A stretch of DNA of 64,000 bases, from assembly GCA_034780895.1 (NCBI GenBank), contig JAUZTB010000107.1:33404738-33468737 (forward strand), in the 5' to 3' direction. A program made the translations under genes and the position numbers. Position 1 is the stretch's first letter. The number at the start of each line of letters is the position of its first letter. The notes beneath the pieces are model-generated. The model was not told the origin of the DNA, did not search any database, and saw nothing but the letters and a program-made list of their open reading frames with translations. Shown in pieces: positions 1 through 13,334 of the stretch. The stretch comes from Rhynchobatus australiae (lineage: Eukaryota).

Positions 1-1100
1 ACTAGTGTCTCAAAGCACTTTATATTAGTGGATGTTAGAGCCATTTACCTTGTTTTTCTTCAATAGTGGGATGATAGTGGTCTTCTTAAAGCAGGTGGGA
101 ACAACAGATTGAAGCAGGGAGAGGTTAAAAATGTCTGCAAATACAATTGCTAGCAGATCTGCATAGGATCTAAGGACACTATCCAGGCCAGGTGCTTTCC
201 ACAGGTTCATTCTCCGGAACATTGACCTTGCATCTGCAATGGTGACCGTGGGTTGGAGGCTGTCAGGATGGGTGGTGACATTCAACTCCCCTTCTGTTCA
301 AAATGTGCATAGAAATGCATTAAGCTCTTCGGGGAGGGATACGGTGTTGTCGGCGATGCTGCCTGACTTTGTTTTGTAGCCTATTAAAGCATGTGAGCCC
401 TGCCACAACTGACGGCTGGTCTGAAACTGAATTTTCAACTGGTATTGTCTCCTGGTGTCCCTGATAGCTTTCCAGACATCACATCTCAATTTCTTGTATA
501 GGTCAGGGTCACCTGATTTGAACACCGCAGTTCTAGACTTCAGTAAGGAGTGGATCTCCTGATTCATCCATGGTTTCCAGTTTGGGAACACCCGGATTGT
601 CCTCTGTGGTACACAGTCCTCAACACACTTTCTGATAAAGTCCATGATGGTGGTGACATACTCATTTAACCAGCCTGCTGAGTTTTTAAATGTGGACCAG
701 TCTATCGACTCAAGGCAGTCCCGTAGAAGCTTATCTATTTCCTCAGACCAGCACTGTATGACTTTCTGTACTGTATCCTCACATTTTAGCTTCTGTTTGT
801 ATGTAGGGAGAAGGAGCACAGCCTGGTGGTCCGATTTATCGAAGTGTGGGTGAGGAATGGCTCAGTAAGCATCTTTGCTGGTTGTGTACCAATGGTCAAG
901 GGTGGTTGGGCCCCTGGTGGGACAGAAGACATGCTGGTAGCATTTTGGCAACATAATCTTGAAGTTGCCCTGGTTGAAATCACCAACAATGATGAAGAGG
1001 GCCTCAGGATATCCTGTTGATCATGGAGTATCGTTCATTGAATGCAGGCTTCATGTGGGATGTAGACTGCCGCCAGGATAGCTGAAGTGAACTCCCATTC
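1..1100 (-). mobile_element. Decayed Rex1/Babar-clade LINE ORF2 fragment (endonuclease end, linker, start of RT); runs off the window edge
   Basis: Consecutive minus-strand ORFs 786-989, 298-819 and 25-285 give LPTYKQKLK, DCLESIDW, RTIRVFPNWKPWMN and ADIFNLSLLQSVVPTCFKKTTIIP, typical fish Rex1-type motifs; broken by frameshifts and stops. Confidence 0.85.
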
Positions 1101-2189
1101 AACTGATACCAGGTATGTCAGTGGAAGAGTAGGTAAATTGTTTGAACAGTATGAGTGAGCCAGTTCACAGAAAAATCAGGACAACAGTTAGGTCATTACA
1201 AGAATCCACCAACAAGGTGATGAGTATTGAAGGGAGGTAATATCAACTGAATCTAGCACAGGCAATTCTGATGGAGATGATGAGACTTCATGAGTTCTGG
1301 GAAAATCTCAGACACCAGATGCAGAGTTGCTGAATGGCCTGAACACAGCCCAGAGTTAGAGGGCTTAATTGCAATATGGTAGCTGTTCAAAAGCTCTGAA
1401 GATCCAACGCAGGATATCATGGAGGTATGGACCTACTTTTATCTACCCAACCCAGTGAAACTAGAGTGCAGCAAGACAAGTTGGAAGCACAGTGGGGTGA
1501 TTATCTTGGACATAATCTACAAAGGAAGAGTCAGATGAGTTGATTTTGTGACTTCAAAATAGACAGCGTGAAAGAGGAAAGGTTCTGTGCCTACTGAGAT
1601 TTAGAGTGTGAGTCAGGTGTGAGATACCATAAAAGCAGAGTCACAAGATGGAGAATTTATAAAGTAATCAAAGTAGTGGCGACTGGGTTCAAAATACAAT
1701 TCATAATTATAACAACTATAATTGTTAATAGGTTATTAAGCCAGTGAAAAGTTTGAAGTGAACAGTTTGAATTTCACCGGTGATACTAGGAAGAATGTGG
1801 TCAAGAATATGAAATAAATGGTATTCACAGTTATCAAGACAATTATGTTGAAGCAACAATACACAACAAAACATGAGACACATTGTATATAATGGCCATC
1901 TGGAGAACTGAGCCATTGTAATCATCCATGTCTGGAAATGAATACTTCAGTGATATCAAATTTAGCTTACAGTGAGGAGCTTAGTGAACAAAAAGGACAA
2001 TTGATTGCTTGGATTTATAGTTGGCTGAATCTACCATGTATATTCATATAAATAGTTAACTGATTTTATAGTTTTATGCATGTAAATAGGTGACGGTTTG
2101 TATGGCTTTATTGCTGTATTTAAGAGGGTGCAATGTAGTGTTGATAGAAGACCCCTTCCATAACTTCTTTTAGCATAGGGTAGCTGTAG

Positions 2190-2492
2190 GGTAATCACGC
2201 AATCCATTGCAGAAGACAAACCTGAATCCACTTTCAAAGATAATAGCAAGACTGGAGATTCATACACCATTGTAACCTTCATCCATTATTGTAGCCTTCA
2301 CCCATTATTGTAGCCCTTGAGTTGACCAACTGCTTTGTTGCTAATGTCTTAGAGTCACTTTGCTATTTTTCTGGTATCACCCCTTTGACATCAACATGGC
2401 TAACCTTGCCAGGAGTGATGAACTCTGGGTAGCATTGCACTCAGACTAATTGGAACATTGTAAGCTTCTACTACATCAAAGTGATGACCCAT
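2190..2492 (-). mobile_element. Possible old RTE-clade 5' UTR or RTE-derived short element
   Basis: The reverse complement resembles RTE 5' leaders as I recall them (gggtcatcactttgatgtagt...actcctggcaaggttagccatgttgatgtcaaagggg); very decayed. Confidence 0.35.
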
Positions 2493-2704
2493 AATGTGAT
2501 GTTTATAAGTGTAAGTGTACCTTTAAGGGATGAATGTACCATATGACTTCTGATACATCAGGCGCTGCATTTCACTGCCTTCAATAAAAGATACACTTTT
2601 GATAGCTTTACATTGGTTATTTCCCTTTGCAAGCAGCAACACCAGAGAGGCTACAGGCACTGCGATCTGTATGACAGCACATCTGAAAGAAAGAAAAATG
2701 TGAA

Positions 2705-2775
2705 GTTATATAGCATCTTTCATGACAATTTCAGAATGTCCCAAAGCATTTTACAGGTAATGAAGTGCTTATGCA
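2705..2775 (-). mobile_element. Deu-domain SINE / L2-type 3' tail fragment
   Basis: tatatagcatctttcatgac...gaatgtcccaaagcattttacaggtaatgaagtgctt is similar to the longer copy at about 40.9 kb. Confidence 0.45.
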
Positions 2776-3569
2776 GGAGAAAATCAATGAAACTCTCTGT
2801 AAGCCAAGCTAACCGTGTTCATAATATGCTCCCCAGACACATGGAAATCAGAAGAGAGCTTCCTTCATAATTGAACTTAATACTTCTGTGGCAGCACTAT
2901 GATCATTCACAAGAGATGCTCTGGCTGGCTTCAGAACCTCTGCCGAAGATGTTTGTGGGACCATTACACACTTCATGATAGAATGCAGTGTTGTGTGTCT
3001 CTCTAAACACAACATAGGTGCAGTACTTGATTCCACTGTATCATTTCAGCAGATTGTTTGACACATTCTACAAAGGCCTTATGAAATTATCTACTTAGAA
3101 GGTAACTTTTTAAGCTGTGAAGTGCATCTTTGGGCCAGGGCTATTGCCACTGGTGTACTCTTGTAGATGCCAGCAAACTCTGAGATTTAGGATACGGTTG
3201 GGATTGCCAGGAACTCTGCCTTCAAGTTTCAGCACAGCATCTCCCTTCTCCACTTAGCTTTTTTCCTCTCATCTTCAATCATTTTATAATAAATAAAAAT
3301 ATGCTGAAAAAATGTAAGATTATTTTATGCTAGCTAGAATCAATTCCCTGGAATTTCCATATCGTGTGCCCAGCTATNNNNNNNNNNNNNNNNNNNNNCC
3401 TACACACCATTTATGGTATATTAACTACATGTATTCTTTCTGCTGAATTTATTAACATCTGGAGTCAATTGTAACTCAGCACTGTGAGCCCTCGCGTCTC
3501 TCTACTCCCAAAAACAAATATCCCCTTATCCACTTAAAATGAAGTGGCTGTACACCAAGAGTGGTACAT

Positions 3570-3930
3570 TGGCCTATTGGAAAACATACTGTCCAAGGTT
3601 GAACTACGGAGAACAAGAATATCCCAAGTTTGACTGAGTTAGCTGATCAACCAAAAAAAAGGAGAGTCGGAGGTATTTCATTTGAACATCGGGAGACAAA
3701 TTGAACTTCAGTGCTCGTGCAAAGCAGGTGACAGTAATTCAGCAGCATTCTGCACCCTCCCATTTGCTCTCAGCCCCTGCAGTGCAGCAGGTGGGAACAA
3801 TTAGCCATGGTTCACACAACTAATTGCTAATCAGTGACTCCTATCAGATGCTGGTTCTGACCTGCTCACTGGCAGCAGTCATTTTTGGATTTGCTTGAGA
3901 AGAATGGACATTTAAGAGAGGTGTGAGGGA
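3570..3930 (+). mobile_element. Old SINE-like interspersed repeat
   Basis: ctgagttagctgatc...aattagccatggttc...atcagtgactcct; a related decayed copy lies at about 16300-16480. Confidence 0.35.
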
Positions 3931-5229
3931 GATGGGATGGGGCCAATGTGTAATTTGTTAATATTATAAGAAGAAAGTAATCAGATGGTGTTTGCATTTT
4001 GAAAATCTTTTGGGCAATGTTGGCTATAGTTATTTTATTAGTTTAAATCCTTCTTGAACGTAGTTCTTTTTAAGAGAATGACATTTGCCACTTTATTTTT
4101 AATTATGTACTACAAAGACCTCATGAGAACAGGATAACTATATCTGTAAACTTTATGAGGGGTGTACAATGAGTCTTTGATGATTGGATTTATCACAGAT
4201 CTTCAGAGTTCCTGGGGTGAAACATGTCACAGTATCCCTGTCCTGAATCACTTCCTTCTTNNNNNNNNNNNNNNTTCTTTTGCTTCAGCAGAAGATTTTA
4301 GTTTAAAGCCCATATGGTACAATAATTAGATTGTGAGATTGAATTCTTGCCAATGTCAATGCTAATCCTTATTTTATTTTGTCCAAGTTAGCTGGTAGAC
4401 TGTTATATATTTGGAAGTAGGAATTGGCAGATTATTTGTAAACTGGATGCACATTTCAATTTAGCTGCTTTTCTCAGAATGCAAAGCTTTCACAGATGAA
4501 GAATTCATTGTTCCACATTATTGTTACTAACTGGATAATTTAGGATTTGTGCAATTAATTATTCTTAGCTACTTTATCCACAATAATTCTACAACAATGT
4601 CAAACCTTTGGAATTCTATTTAAATAATCAGTTACTTAAGAATATATCTGGGTAATTAGTGATTTGAAGAGGTTAATACTTTGGGCAAGGTGCTTCATTG
4701 TTTCCCTTGAAACAAAAGCTTGCTCTTTTCAGATTATAGATTGGCCTTCTGTATTTACAGCATTTAGCAATTATCTAAATAGTTTAGGGAAAAAAATTAA
4801 AAACAAAGTTTTTAATAAAACCAGGGCAATGTAAGAATGTTTGACAATTATTTGGTGTGCCCAACTGTTATCAGAAGAGGAGGGTTGTGCCACATGATAT
4901 GTACCATAAGATAGGCTGGGTCTACTAGAATATTCCATGAAACGAAAATAAACCACACATCCTCCCTTCAAGAAGATAATTACTTAGCAGATGGCTTTTG
5001 ATTGAAAGCCCTCTATTGTGTTTGCAAATGTGTAATTTTGTCTGTCTACATTTTTGTCTNNNNNNNNNNNNNNNNNNNNNNNNNNNNNNNNNNNNNNNNN
5101 NNNNNNNNNNNNNNNNNNNNNNNNNNNNNNNNNNNNNNNNNNNNNNNNNNNNNNNNNNNACCTGAAAAACCCCAACACTACCTCAGACTAGATTTTTCTC
5201 TCTCCCTCTCTGTCTCTCTCTCTCTCAAC

Positions 5230-5392
5230 TTGCAGTGGTGTCATTTTGTTTATTTTGTTGTGTAAATTGATTTATATTAATTTATGTTTATGTTAACTTC
5301 TGTTTGTAATGGACTATGCTGCTGCTACAAAGAGTTAATTTCATGGCATTTATACCCTATGTGTATGCCATGATAATAAACTTGAACTTAAG
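5230..5392 (+). mobile_element. Rex1-type LINE 3' tail
   Basis: Ends gctgctgctacaaagagttaatttcatggcat...atgataataaacttgaactt (AATAAA plus a short tandem tail), next to a gap. Confidence 0.55.
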
Positions 5393-5835
5393 TTCCATTA
5401 GCCTTTCCTCCACCCAACTGACCAGACCATCTATACCTTCCTGCCGTCCTAAATTTTACCTCCTCCCTCTGGACCACACAACCCCTTTTTGTGCCATTTG
5501 AAGACATCCTCATTCTGCCCTTTGCATTCAAATGCATTAGTATATATATTACAGAAAGCAAAGGATCGAGTATTGAGCCCTGTGGAACTGCATGGGCTGT
5601 TATTATTTTCACCAGCTTTCATGTGGGATCTTGTCAGACACCTTGCTGAAACCATTAAGACTACATCAACGGTACTGCCCTCATTGACCCTACTTCAAAA
5701 AAATTAATCAGCCATGACGTTCCCTTAACAATCCACGTCGACTCTCCCTCTGTCTTTCTAGGCAGAGGTTTACACTGTCATTCCGAAGGGATTTCTATAA
5801 TTTTCCCACCGTAGAAATGAAGTTAATTGTACAGT
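5393..5835 (-). mobile_element. CR1 LINE RT fragment
   Basis: ORF 5388-5612 contains AVPQGSILDPLL (RT motif GVPQGSxLGP). Confidence 0.7.
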
Positions 5836-7391
5836 AACCAAGCCTGTATGATAGAAATACATGTAATGTGATGAATTTAAATTGGGTAATGAACAAACCC
5901 TGCTGCTGCATGTGGAGTCATTGAAGCCTGGGCTTCACTTTTTGAATGGATATTCCAATCAACACCTTTTGCCACTGTATTGGAAAATACTTTGATCTTT
6001 GGTCTGTATGTGGGGAAGCAGCACAAGGGGACAGTATTTGACACAGTGAGAGAAGCATTTAAAATACTGATCATAGACAGCTTAACAACCAAGAGGCATT
6101 TGGAAATGAGATGCTCTACAAGAAAGAATCAACAGGCTGCAAAAGATAGGGAGGTATAAAGAGCAGGAGTGTTTCTGGCTTTATTGTATGATGATATACA
6201 AAAGAATCTTTTGATTATGTTCAATAAAGTGCAATGTTCAGAGAAGAATCTGTTTTACTTTGCTGTGCAAAGAAGTTTTAGTTAACTTGAGTACTTCCTG
6301 TCTTAACTATTGTTCCCTACACTATGGTTTACTGGAATAAGTAAATCTATCAACGAAAACAAACTTTGTTTCATAAGTTTCCAGCCCAGCAATCTGATCG
6401 TTACAGCCTTTGGTAATGTTACTGTAGCAAATGTAGTGCAGGATGAGCTCACACCTGAGGAGTAAGGTGGCCAGAGCACTTAAGGGAGCACTTAAGTGAT
6501 TCCATTAAACCTGAGAATATATCTTCAGCAACCCTGAATTCATAGCAAGTATATTTGGTGAAATGTAATAATTGCCAACCACTGGCAGTGCCAGCACTCT
6601 GTTGTCCTTGTTACAGATGGATAGGCTTGGCATTCAGCTACCTGATGACATGGATTAAGTTCAAGCAGTGATCCCTTATCACTGGCAGCTCGGTGTGCCA
6701 AGGTACGCATTCATGGTACGATGCTTCTCAGTTGCTGCTTTCCCTGGCATACCTTCCTACATCTTGAACTGCATTTGCTTTTCTTTAAAAACAAGCTTAA
6801 CTTGAGCAGTTTTTTTTTATCTTGCTGATATTTTTCTTGTAACATTAGTGAAAAGACAACATGTTGAGTAAAAACAATGCTATAAGAAAGTAGTGTGGTC
6901 ACATTGCAAAGTATGGTAATTTAAATATCCGTTCATCCACAGGGCTCCTCTAGTTCCCAATTCAGANNNNNNNNNNNNNNNNNNNNNNNNNNNNNNNNNN
7001 NNNNNNNNNNNNNNNNNNNNNNNNNNNNNNNNNNNNNNNNNNNNNNNNNNNNNNNNNNNNNNNNNNAAATATCCGTTCATCCACATGGCTCCTCTAGTTC
7101 CCAATTCAGATGTGTGCACAATTCACGATTTATGGAGAATTATGGCAGGTTATTATTTGACTATTTGAAGCTTCAAACAAGTTTAAACACAAATAGTGAG
7201 GAATTCTAATACGCCCTGAAGCACTTCAAACGTCAGTGGAAGATGCAAGGTGGTTATACATTTTCATAGTTGGAAACTATCTTGCCTAGACTTTCTTTCC
7301 TGAGGCCAAACAAGCAAATTTTCCAAGTGATAGAAATGAACCAGAAATGGTCTTCATTATGTTTTACTCCTCAAGAGTATCAACGTCTTTT

Positions 7392-7610
7392 CATAAGACC
7401 ATAAGAAATAAGAGCTGGGGTAGATCATTTGACCCCTTAAACCTGCTCCACCAATCAATAGGATCATGGTGGATCTGACATTCCTGCAGTCCACTTTGCA
7501 CTCTCTATTTCCTATAATCCTTACTAATTAGAAATCTAGCTGCCTCAGCTTTAAATGTACCCAAGGATTCCACCACTATAGCGCTCTCTGGCAAGAAGTT
7601 CCAAATTCCC
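7392..7610 (-). mobile_element. CR1 (HER1-like) 3' end
   Basis: cataagaccataagaaataagagc...cctgctccaccaatcaataggatcatgg is the reverse complement of a CR1 3' UTR with its short tandem tail. Confidence 0.75.
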
Positions 7611-7814
7611 ATATTTCAGCATTTTGCAACTGGACAAATGTCATGGAGTTGAACTTCCAGACAAAAATGAGCAAAGACCCCGAGCAGATTTAATGCCAGG
7701 GACCAAAGAATTATCATAGTTGGGGGAGGGGGAAACACAGGTGAAGGAGCAGCACACCAAGTTCTATAATCTCCTGAAGGAATAATGTGTGCATGTTCCA
7801 GTATTGTTCAAATA

Positions 7815-10525
7815 TATAAAGATACAAATCAGTAGCAGGAGTCAGCCACTTAGCTCCTCTGACCTTCTCCACAATTCAGTGAGGTCATGGCCATGTTGAT
7901 GGTGATAACCTCTACTTTGTATTTCTGCCAACCCAACTAAACTGTCGGCCCCTTATCGAGTCTTGCCTTAAGGGTACTCAAAGACTCTTTGAGAAAGACT
8001 CACGACATTCTGAAAGAAAAAAATGCACTTTATCTCTGTCCTAAATGAGTGACCCCTTTCTTCGTAAACAGTGAACTGATTTTCCCACAAGAGTAAATAT
8101 CCTCAACATGACTATCCTGCTAAGACTTCTCAAGATCTGATATATTTCAATTAAGTCCCCTCTCAGTCTTAACTGCAGTGGATGTAATCCTTACGTGGTC
8201 AATCCTTCCTCCTGGGGCAACCTGNNNNNNNNNNAGGTGTTAATCTAATCAAGCTTTTCTGACTCTCTTTCAACATATTAACATCCTTCCTGAAATAAGA
8301 AGAACAAGATAGAGTACTCCAGATATGGTCTCCCTAATGTCATGTATAACTGAAGCATAACCTCCCTAATTTTGTATTCAGTTGCCCTGGTAATAAATAA
8401 TGGTAACATTCTGTTAGCTTTCATAATTAATGCTGTACCTGTAAACTAACCTTTTTTAAACCATATTCCTAGGCACTTAGATGACTCTGCATCTCAGAGC
8501 TCTATAATTTCTCATCATTTAGATAGTATGTTTTCTTATTTTTCCTGCCAAAATGAACAAATTCACATTCTCACACGTTATACACCATTCACCAGATCTT
8601 TTTTCATGCACCAAATCTAACAGTATCCATTTGTAACCTCCATATGTCCTTTTCACAATTTACTTTCCTACCTAATTTTGTGTCATCACGAAATTTAGTA
8701 AATATGCCTTTGGTACTTACATCCAAGTCATTTAAATAAATCATAACATTTGTGGACTCAGCACCAGTCCTTGTGAACCTCCAGTCTTTATCTTGCCAAC
8801 TAGAAAACGATCCACTTATGCCTGCTCTCTTTTCCTTGTTAGCCAAACAACATTCTATCCATGCCAATATGTTACCTCCTACACCTTGAGCTTTTATTTT
8901 CCTCAACAGCCTTTGATACCGTCTTCAGGCAGTTCCCTTGCAATCAAGGATGATTTGCTTCCGCTATGGCTTTATGGGATTTCAGGTGGCCAATAAGGCC
9001 AATGTGGGAACTACAGACTCTTCCACAGATGGGATGGAAAGACAAGTGGGTAGTTTATGGAGAGGTGGTCTCCTCCTGCCATTTACACAAGGCCGCTGTG
9101 GTTCCTGATACATAACCTCTATTCTCAATACCATTCCAAATTCTGCTTTTCTGCTTTGGCAGTCATGGGTCAAAGGTTCCTAGAAGCTGGTGAGGGCTTT
9201 TCACTTCTTCAAGGAAGCTTTGAGTATATCCTCGCTGGTAATCTCCTCCCTCTACAGAACTTAAAATATTATCTATTTCAGGAGTCCGGTATTGAGCATG
9301 TGACCTGCTCAACAGTACCAACTGAGNNNNNNNNNNNNNNNNNNNNNNNNNNNNNNNNNNNNNNNNNNNNNNNNNNNNNNNNNNNNNNNNNNNNNNNNNN
9401 NNNNNNNNNNNNNNNNNNNNNNNNNNAGTCCAGGACTTAGAAATGTGGCACTTTCTGGAAATCTAAGTATGGTATATTCTCTGGTTCCCTTTATCCACGG
9501 CCTATGTTATTTTTCAAACAACTCCAATACATTAATCAAACATGATTTCCCTTTCACAAAACCATGTTGATTTTGCCTGATACCTCTGATTTTTCTAAGT
9601 GCTTCCTATAACATCTTTAATTATAGCTTTTAACATTTTTCTTGTGACAGATGTTCAGCTAACTGAACAGCAGGTTTCTGCATTCTGTTTTTTCCTCCTT
9701 GGATAAGAGAATTATGTTCGCTGTTTTCCAATCTAATGGAACCTTCCCCAAATCTGAGAGTTTTGAAAATTTTAAATCAATGCACCAACTACCTCATTAG
9801 CCATTTCTTTTAAGGCTCTCTAGGAAGACCTAGACTTGTCAGTCTGAAGCTCCAACAATTTGCTTAATATAATTTCCCTGCTGCTTGTAATATTCCTGAG
9901 TTCTTCCCTTCCCAACTTACAACTGTTTCTTGGACATTACTTAATGGTGAAGATGGACACAAAAATTCCTTACATCTCTTTGTTTTCCATTATTAATTCC
10001 CCAGACTCATTATTAACTCTTTTTTTCATAAATATCTAAGGAAGCTCTTACTATCAGTTTTTATATTTCTGCACAGCTTTATTTCATACACTATTATTTG
10101 GGTCCTTATTAATCCTTCAGCCATTCATTGCAGATTTTTAGATTCTGTCCCGTCTTCTGACCTGCCATCATATAATTGTGTAAATATGCTTTTCGTTTTA
10201 AGTTTGATACGACCTTTCCCTGTTTTAGTTAAGCTTGAATGGTGGGCACTCTCATTGGAATTTTTCTTTCTTGTTGGAATGTATTCATTCGGTATATTCT
10301 GAATGATCCCCTTAAATGTCTGCCACTGCATGTCCACTGGCTGATCCCTTAATGTAATTCATGCAGTTTGCTCCAGCTATCTCTGCTTTCATACTGTCAT
10401 TTCTGCCTTTACTTAAATTTAAAATTCTAGTCTTGGCCCTATTCTTCTCTTCTTCAAACTGCATGTAACATTCAATGATATTGTCATCATTGCAGTCGAG
10501 GGTTGCATTCATTACGAGGCCATTA
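7815..10525 (-). mobile_element. Long decayed CR1 (HER1-like) LINE interrupted by an RTE fragment
   Basis: ORF 8604-8906 (KIKAQGVGGNILAWIE...IYLNDLD...KFRDDTKLG; FADDTK-like) and ORFs 10125-10512 (QWQTFKGIIQNIPNEYIPTRKK); 3' UTR at about 7815-7900. Confidence 0.9.
8920..9440 (-). mobile_element. RTE-clade LINE 3' fragment nested in the CR1
   Basis: The minus strand at about 8985-9032 reads PICGRVCSSHIGLIGH, the C-terminal CGRxCxSxIGLxxH motif of RTE ORFs. Confidence 0.7.
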
Positions 10526-10544
10526 ATTGCGCAATAGACTATCC

Positions 10545-10695
10545 CGTCATTATCACATTGCTATTTGGGGAACTTATTGATTGGACATTGATTTCTGACA
10601 TTACAACATTGACAATACTTCTGAAACACATCATTGTTTGTCATGTTTGGGATATCCACTAGTCAAGAAAGATGCTGTATGAATGCAAATTCTTA
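10545..10695 (+). mobile_element. Deu-domain SINE (SacSINE1-like) 3' part
   Basis: tcattatcacattgctatttgggga...acattacaacattgacaatacttc...ttgggatatcc...aaagatgctgtatgaatgcaa; inverse of the 40.9 kb copy. Confidence 0.6.
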
Positions 10696-10879
10696 ATTTT
10701 AATTTTAAAATCTGTATGTTGTAAATTTTGCTCGTTATCTGTTATGTGGATCATTGAAAAAAAAATTGTTTTTCTAAAGAATGTTGTGCCACTTCAAGAG
10801 TTGTAAACCTCTTTAGTGCTCCACTGATAACTAATTTAGGATGAGTAGGATTGTAGCAATCAAAAGAAACCTTTAGTAA

Positions 10880-11275
10880 TTTAAAAATGCACATTGCCTA
10901 ACCAGTTCTGTTGAATAGTCAGGGCATGAGATCTTCCCTTTTCCCAAAGGCAATTTCTTTTTTCCAAGCTGCTGAATTCTCTAACTTTAAAGTGAAGTGG
11001 TTTAAATATTGATGGTCTGAAGCAGTTTCTAAATCTTGGTTGTCGTCCTCCAATATGGTGAGCAAACTCAGTTGTTTTGCAGAGAGTATTCCTACTGGCA
11101 GCATAGTATTTCTTCTTAATCAAATGTGTTTTGTATTGCATTTTGTAGAATTTCTGGGAGCACAACAAGTTGTACATTAATTCATTGGGAAATCTTTGCT
11201 TGGACTCTGGAAAAATGCAGTTGATACTATCACTTAGATACTTAGAACATATGTCTGAAATTCCCCTCTCCACTC
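10880..11275 (-). mobile_element. Possible decayed L1/Tx1 ORF1p (Transposase_22-like) remnant
   Basis: The ORF contains IFPESK...EFAHHIGGRQPR...RPSIFKPLHFKVRE, loosely like GxPE...ERAHRxG...PRxIIx(R/K)FxxF. Confidence 0.3.
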
Positions 11276-11989
11276 TTGTTGTCTGTCATTGATTTAAAGA
11301 AAATTGTTTAATGATGAAGTACTAGATACAGGAATTCTGGGCTAAGATTTACTAGACAATCCTAAACTTTAATCCCAAGTTTCAATTTCAAGATTTAGAC
11401 CTTCATTTCTAATTAAACTCTAGATTTAATCTTACCTAATTCTAGTCTTATTATATTTTCTTTTATCTCACGTCCTCTGGATTTCTTGATTATCCTGCAA
11501 TGTCAAGGAAGATCTTCCATTTCTTCAGACTTTTACTATTGATAGTTTTGCATTTTATTTCTGGAGTTTGGCGTTATTAGTTTAGGATAAAAGTATTTTC
11601 TTGCTTGACAATTCTGTAATGTATTAGTTCTTTCCAAGGCTGCTAACTTCTTTTCCAAGTCATTCATTTAAGATATTATAGTAAATAGCAATGCAGAATT
11701 CAATATGTGAAGAGGGGAAAAACAGGAAAGGTTCTCTGATAAATACATGCCTGGAATGACAGAACGTGTTGGTAAGATTTCTTCCTACAGGTATTGATGT
11801 CTTTTGACTTGGTTAAACCTCTCAAATTCCTCTACCCTGGCTGCTGATTGACTGGTGGCACTCAATTTTCAAATGTTTCACCTGAATAATTCTGCCACAG
11901 CATACCTATATGGTTCTCCACCTGTTTTTGAAATTATCATTCTCCAAACTTAGTCATTTTCAAAGGGTATTAATAGATATTTATTGCAT

Positions 11990-12345
11990 GGGGCAGCACA
12001 GTGACACAGCTAGTAGAGCTAGTGCCTCACTGCATCAGAGATCCCAGTTCACTCCTGACTTTGGGTGCTATCTGTGTGGGGTTTGCACATTCTCCCTGCG
12101 ACCATGTGGGTTTCCTCCAAGTGCTCTAGTTTCTTCCCACATCCCAAAGATGTCCAAGTTGGAAGGTTAATTAGCCATTGTTAATGGCCTCTAGTGTGTA
12201 AGTGAGTGGTAGAATCTGTGGGGAGTTTGTGAGAATGTGGGGAGAATAAAAAATGGGATTAATGTAGGATTAGGGTAAATGGGTGGTTGTTGGTCAACAC
12301 GGACTTGGTGGGCCGAAGGGCCTGTTTCTCTGCTGTGCCATTCTA
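11990..12345 (+). mobile_element. Full-length V-SINE (HE1-like)
   Basis: tRNA-like head, V-domain core tgtgtggggtttgcacattctccc...tgggtttcctcc...cccacatcccaaaga, CR1-derived tail gggccgaagggcctgtttctctgctgt. Confidence 0.9.
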
Positions 12346-12369
12346 ATAAAAATTCAACAGAGAAGGATA

Positions 12370-13130
12370 TGGTCATGAATACCTTAAAGTAATTGGAACC
12401 TTGTTCCTGGTTTACAAGGTCTCCATATAAGTTGTCAGAAAAGAATACGGGAATGTAGAGAAAGTGATAAAATCCATTATTAAACAAGTGGTAGCAGCAT
12501 TTAGAAACTGATAGAACTAGGCAGAGTCAATGTGGATTTCTGAAAGTAAAATTATTGAAAGGTCTGTTAGAGTTTTTTGATGTTATAACCACCAGAATAG
12601 ACAAGAAGGACCCAGTGGTGGTGGTGTGTTTAAACATGCAGAAAGCCTTCAATAAGGTGCCATACAAGAGAATATTAAATAAAGTGAGAGCCCATAGAAG
12701 TGGGAATATTATAGTGGCATGTGTTGAAGGTTGGTCAACGGACAAAAAACAGAGAGTAGGAATAAATAGTTCATTTTTGACTTGGGTTTGGAGCAATGAT
12801 CTGTGATGATGACCCAACTGTTCACTATATATACCAAAGATTTGAATGGCGGGACCAAATATAATGTATCAAAGTTTGTTGATAATACTAAGCTGGGTAG
12901 CCATGTGGGTTGTGAGTTGGATGCAAAGTGGTTTCATGGGGATATGGACAGGCTAACTGAATGGACAAGGACATGGCAGGTAAAATATGATGTGAAAAAT
13001 GTGAGGTCTTCCACTTTGGTAGTTAAAATAGAGAAGTGGTGTACAGCCAGTAACCCAATAACCAATGCTCTTAAGTGTTTTTTTTAATAATGAATGATTG
13101 AAAGTGTTGTATTCCGAGGACCTAGGTGTA
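12370..13130 (+). mobile_element. CR1 LINE RT fragment
   Basis: ORFs 12555-12806 (LLEFFD...VVCLNMQKAFNKVPYKR) and 12803-13087 (SKFVDNTKLG...DMDRLTEWTRTWQ). Confidence 0.9.
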
Positions 13131-13334
13131 GTGCAAACTTTAATGGAAGATCAGAGGGGAAGCTACAATTATAGTTGAGATCAGCAAGATGCAGTTTTTT
13201 CCACATTCAAACTAAGATGTCTCAGCCACTTGGGCACAGCAGTCAGGGAGGGTGACTCAGTCATTCAGCAGAAACCACAAGTCATTAGGTCTTCAGCAAA
13301 TTGACCACCAAGACAATTGTATTTTACTTTCTTT

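Noticed and set aside
6923-7110. About 43-bp direct repeat on both sides of a 100-N gap (similar cases at 21895/22015, 31593/31706 and the poly-C at 35537-35668)
   Set aside because: This is the typical unmerged contig overlap or allelic duplication at scaffold gaps; an assembly artefact is the simplest explanation.
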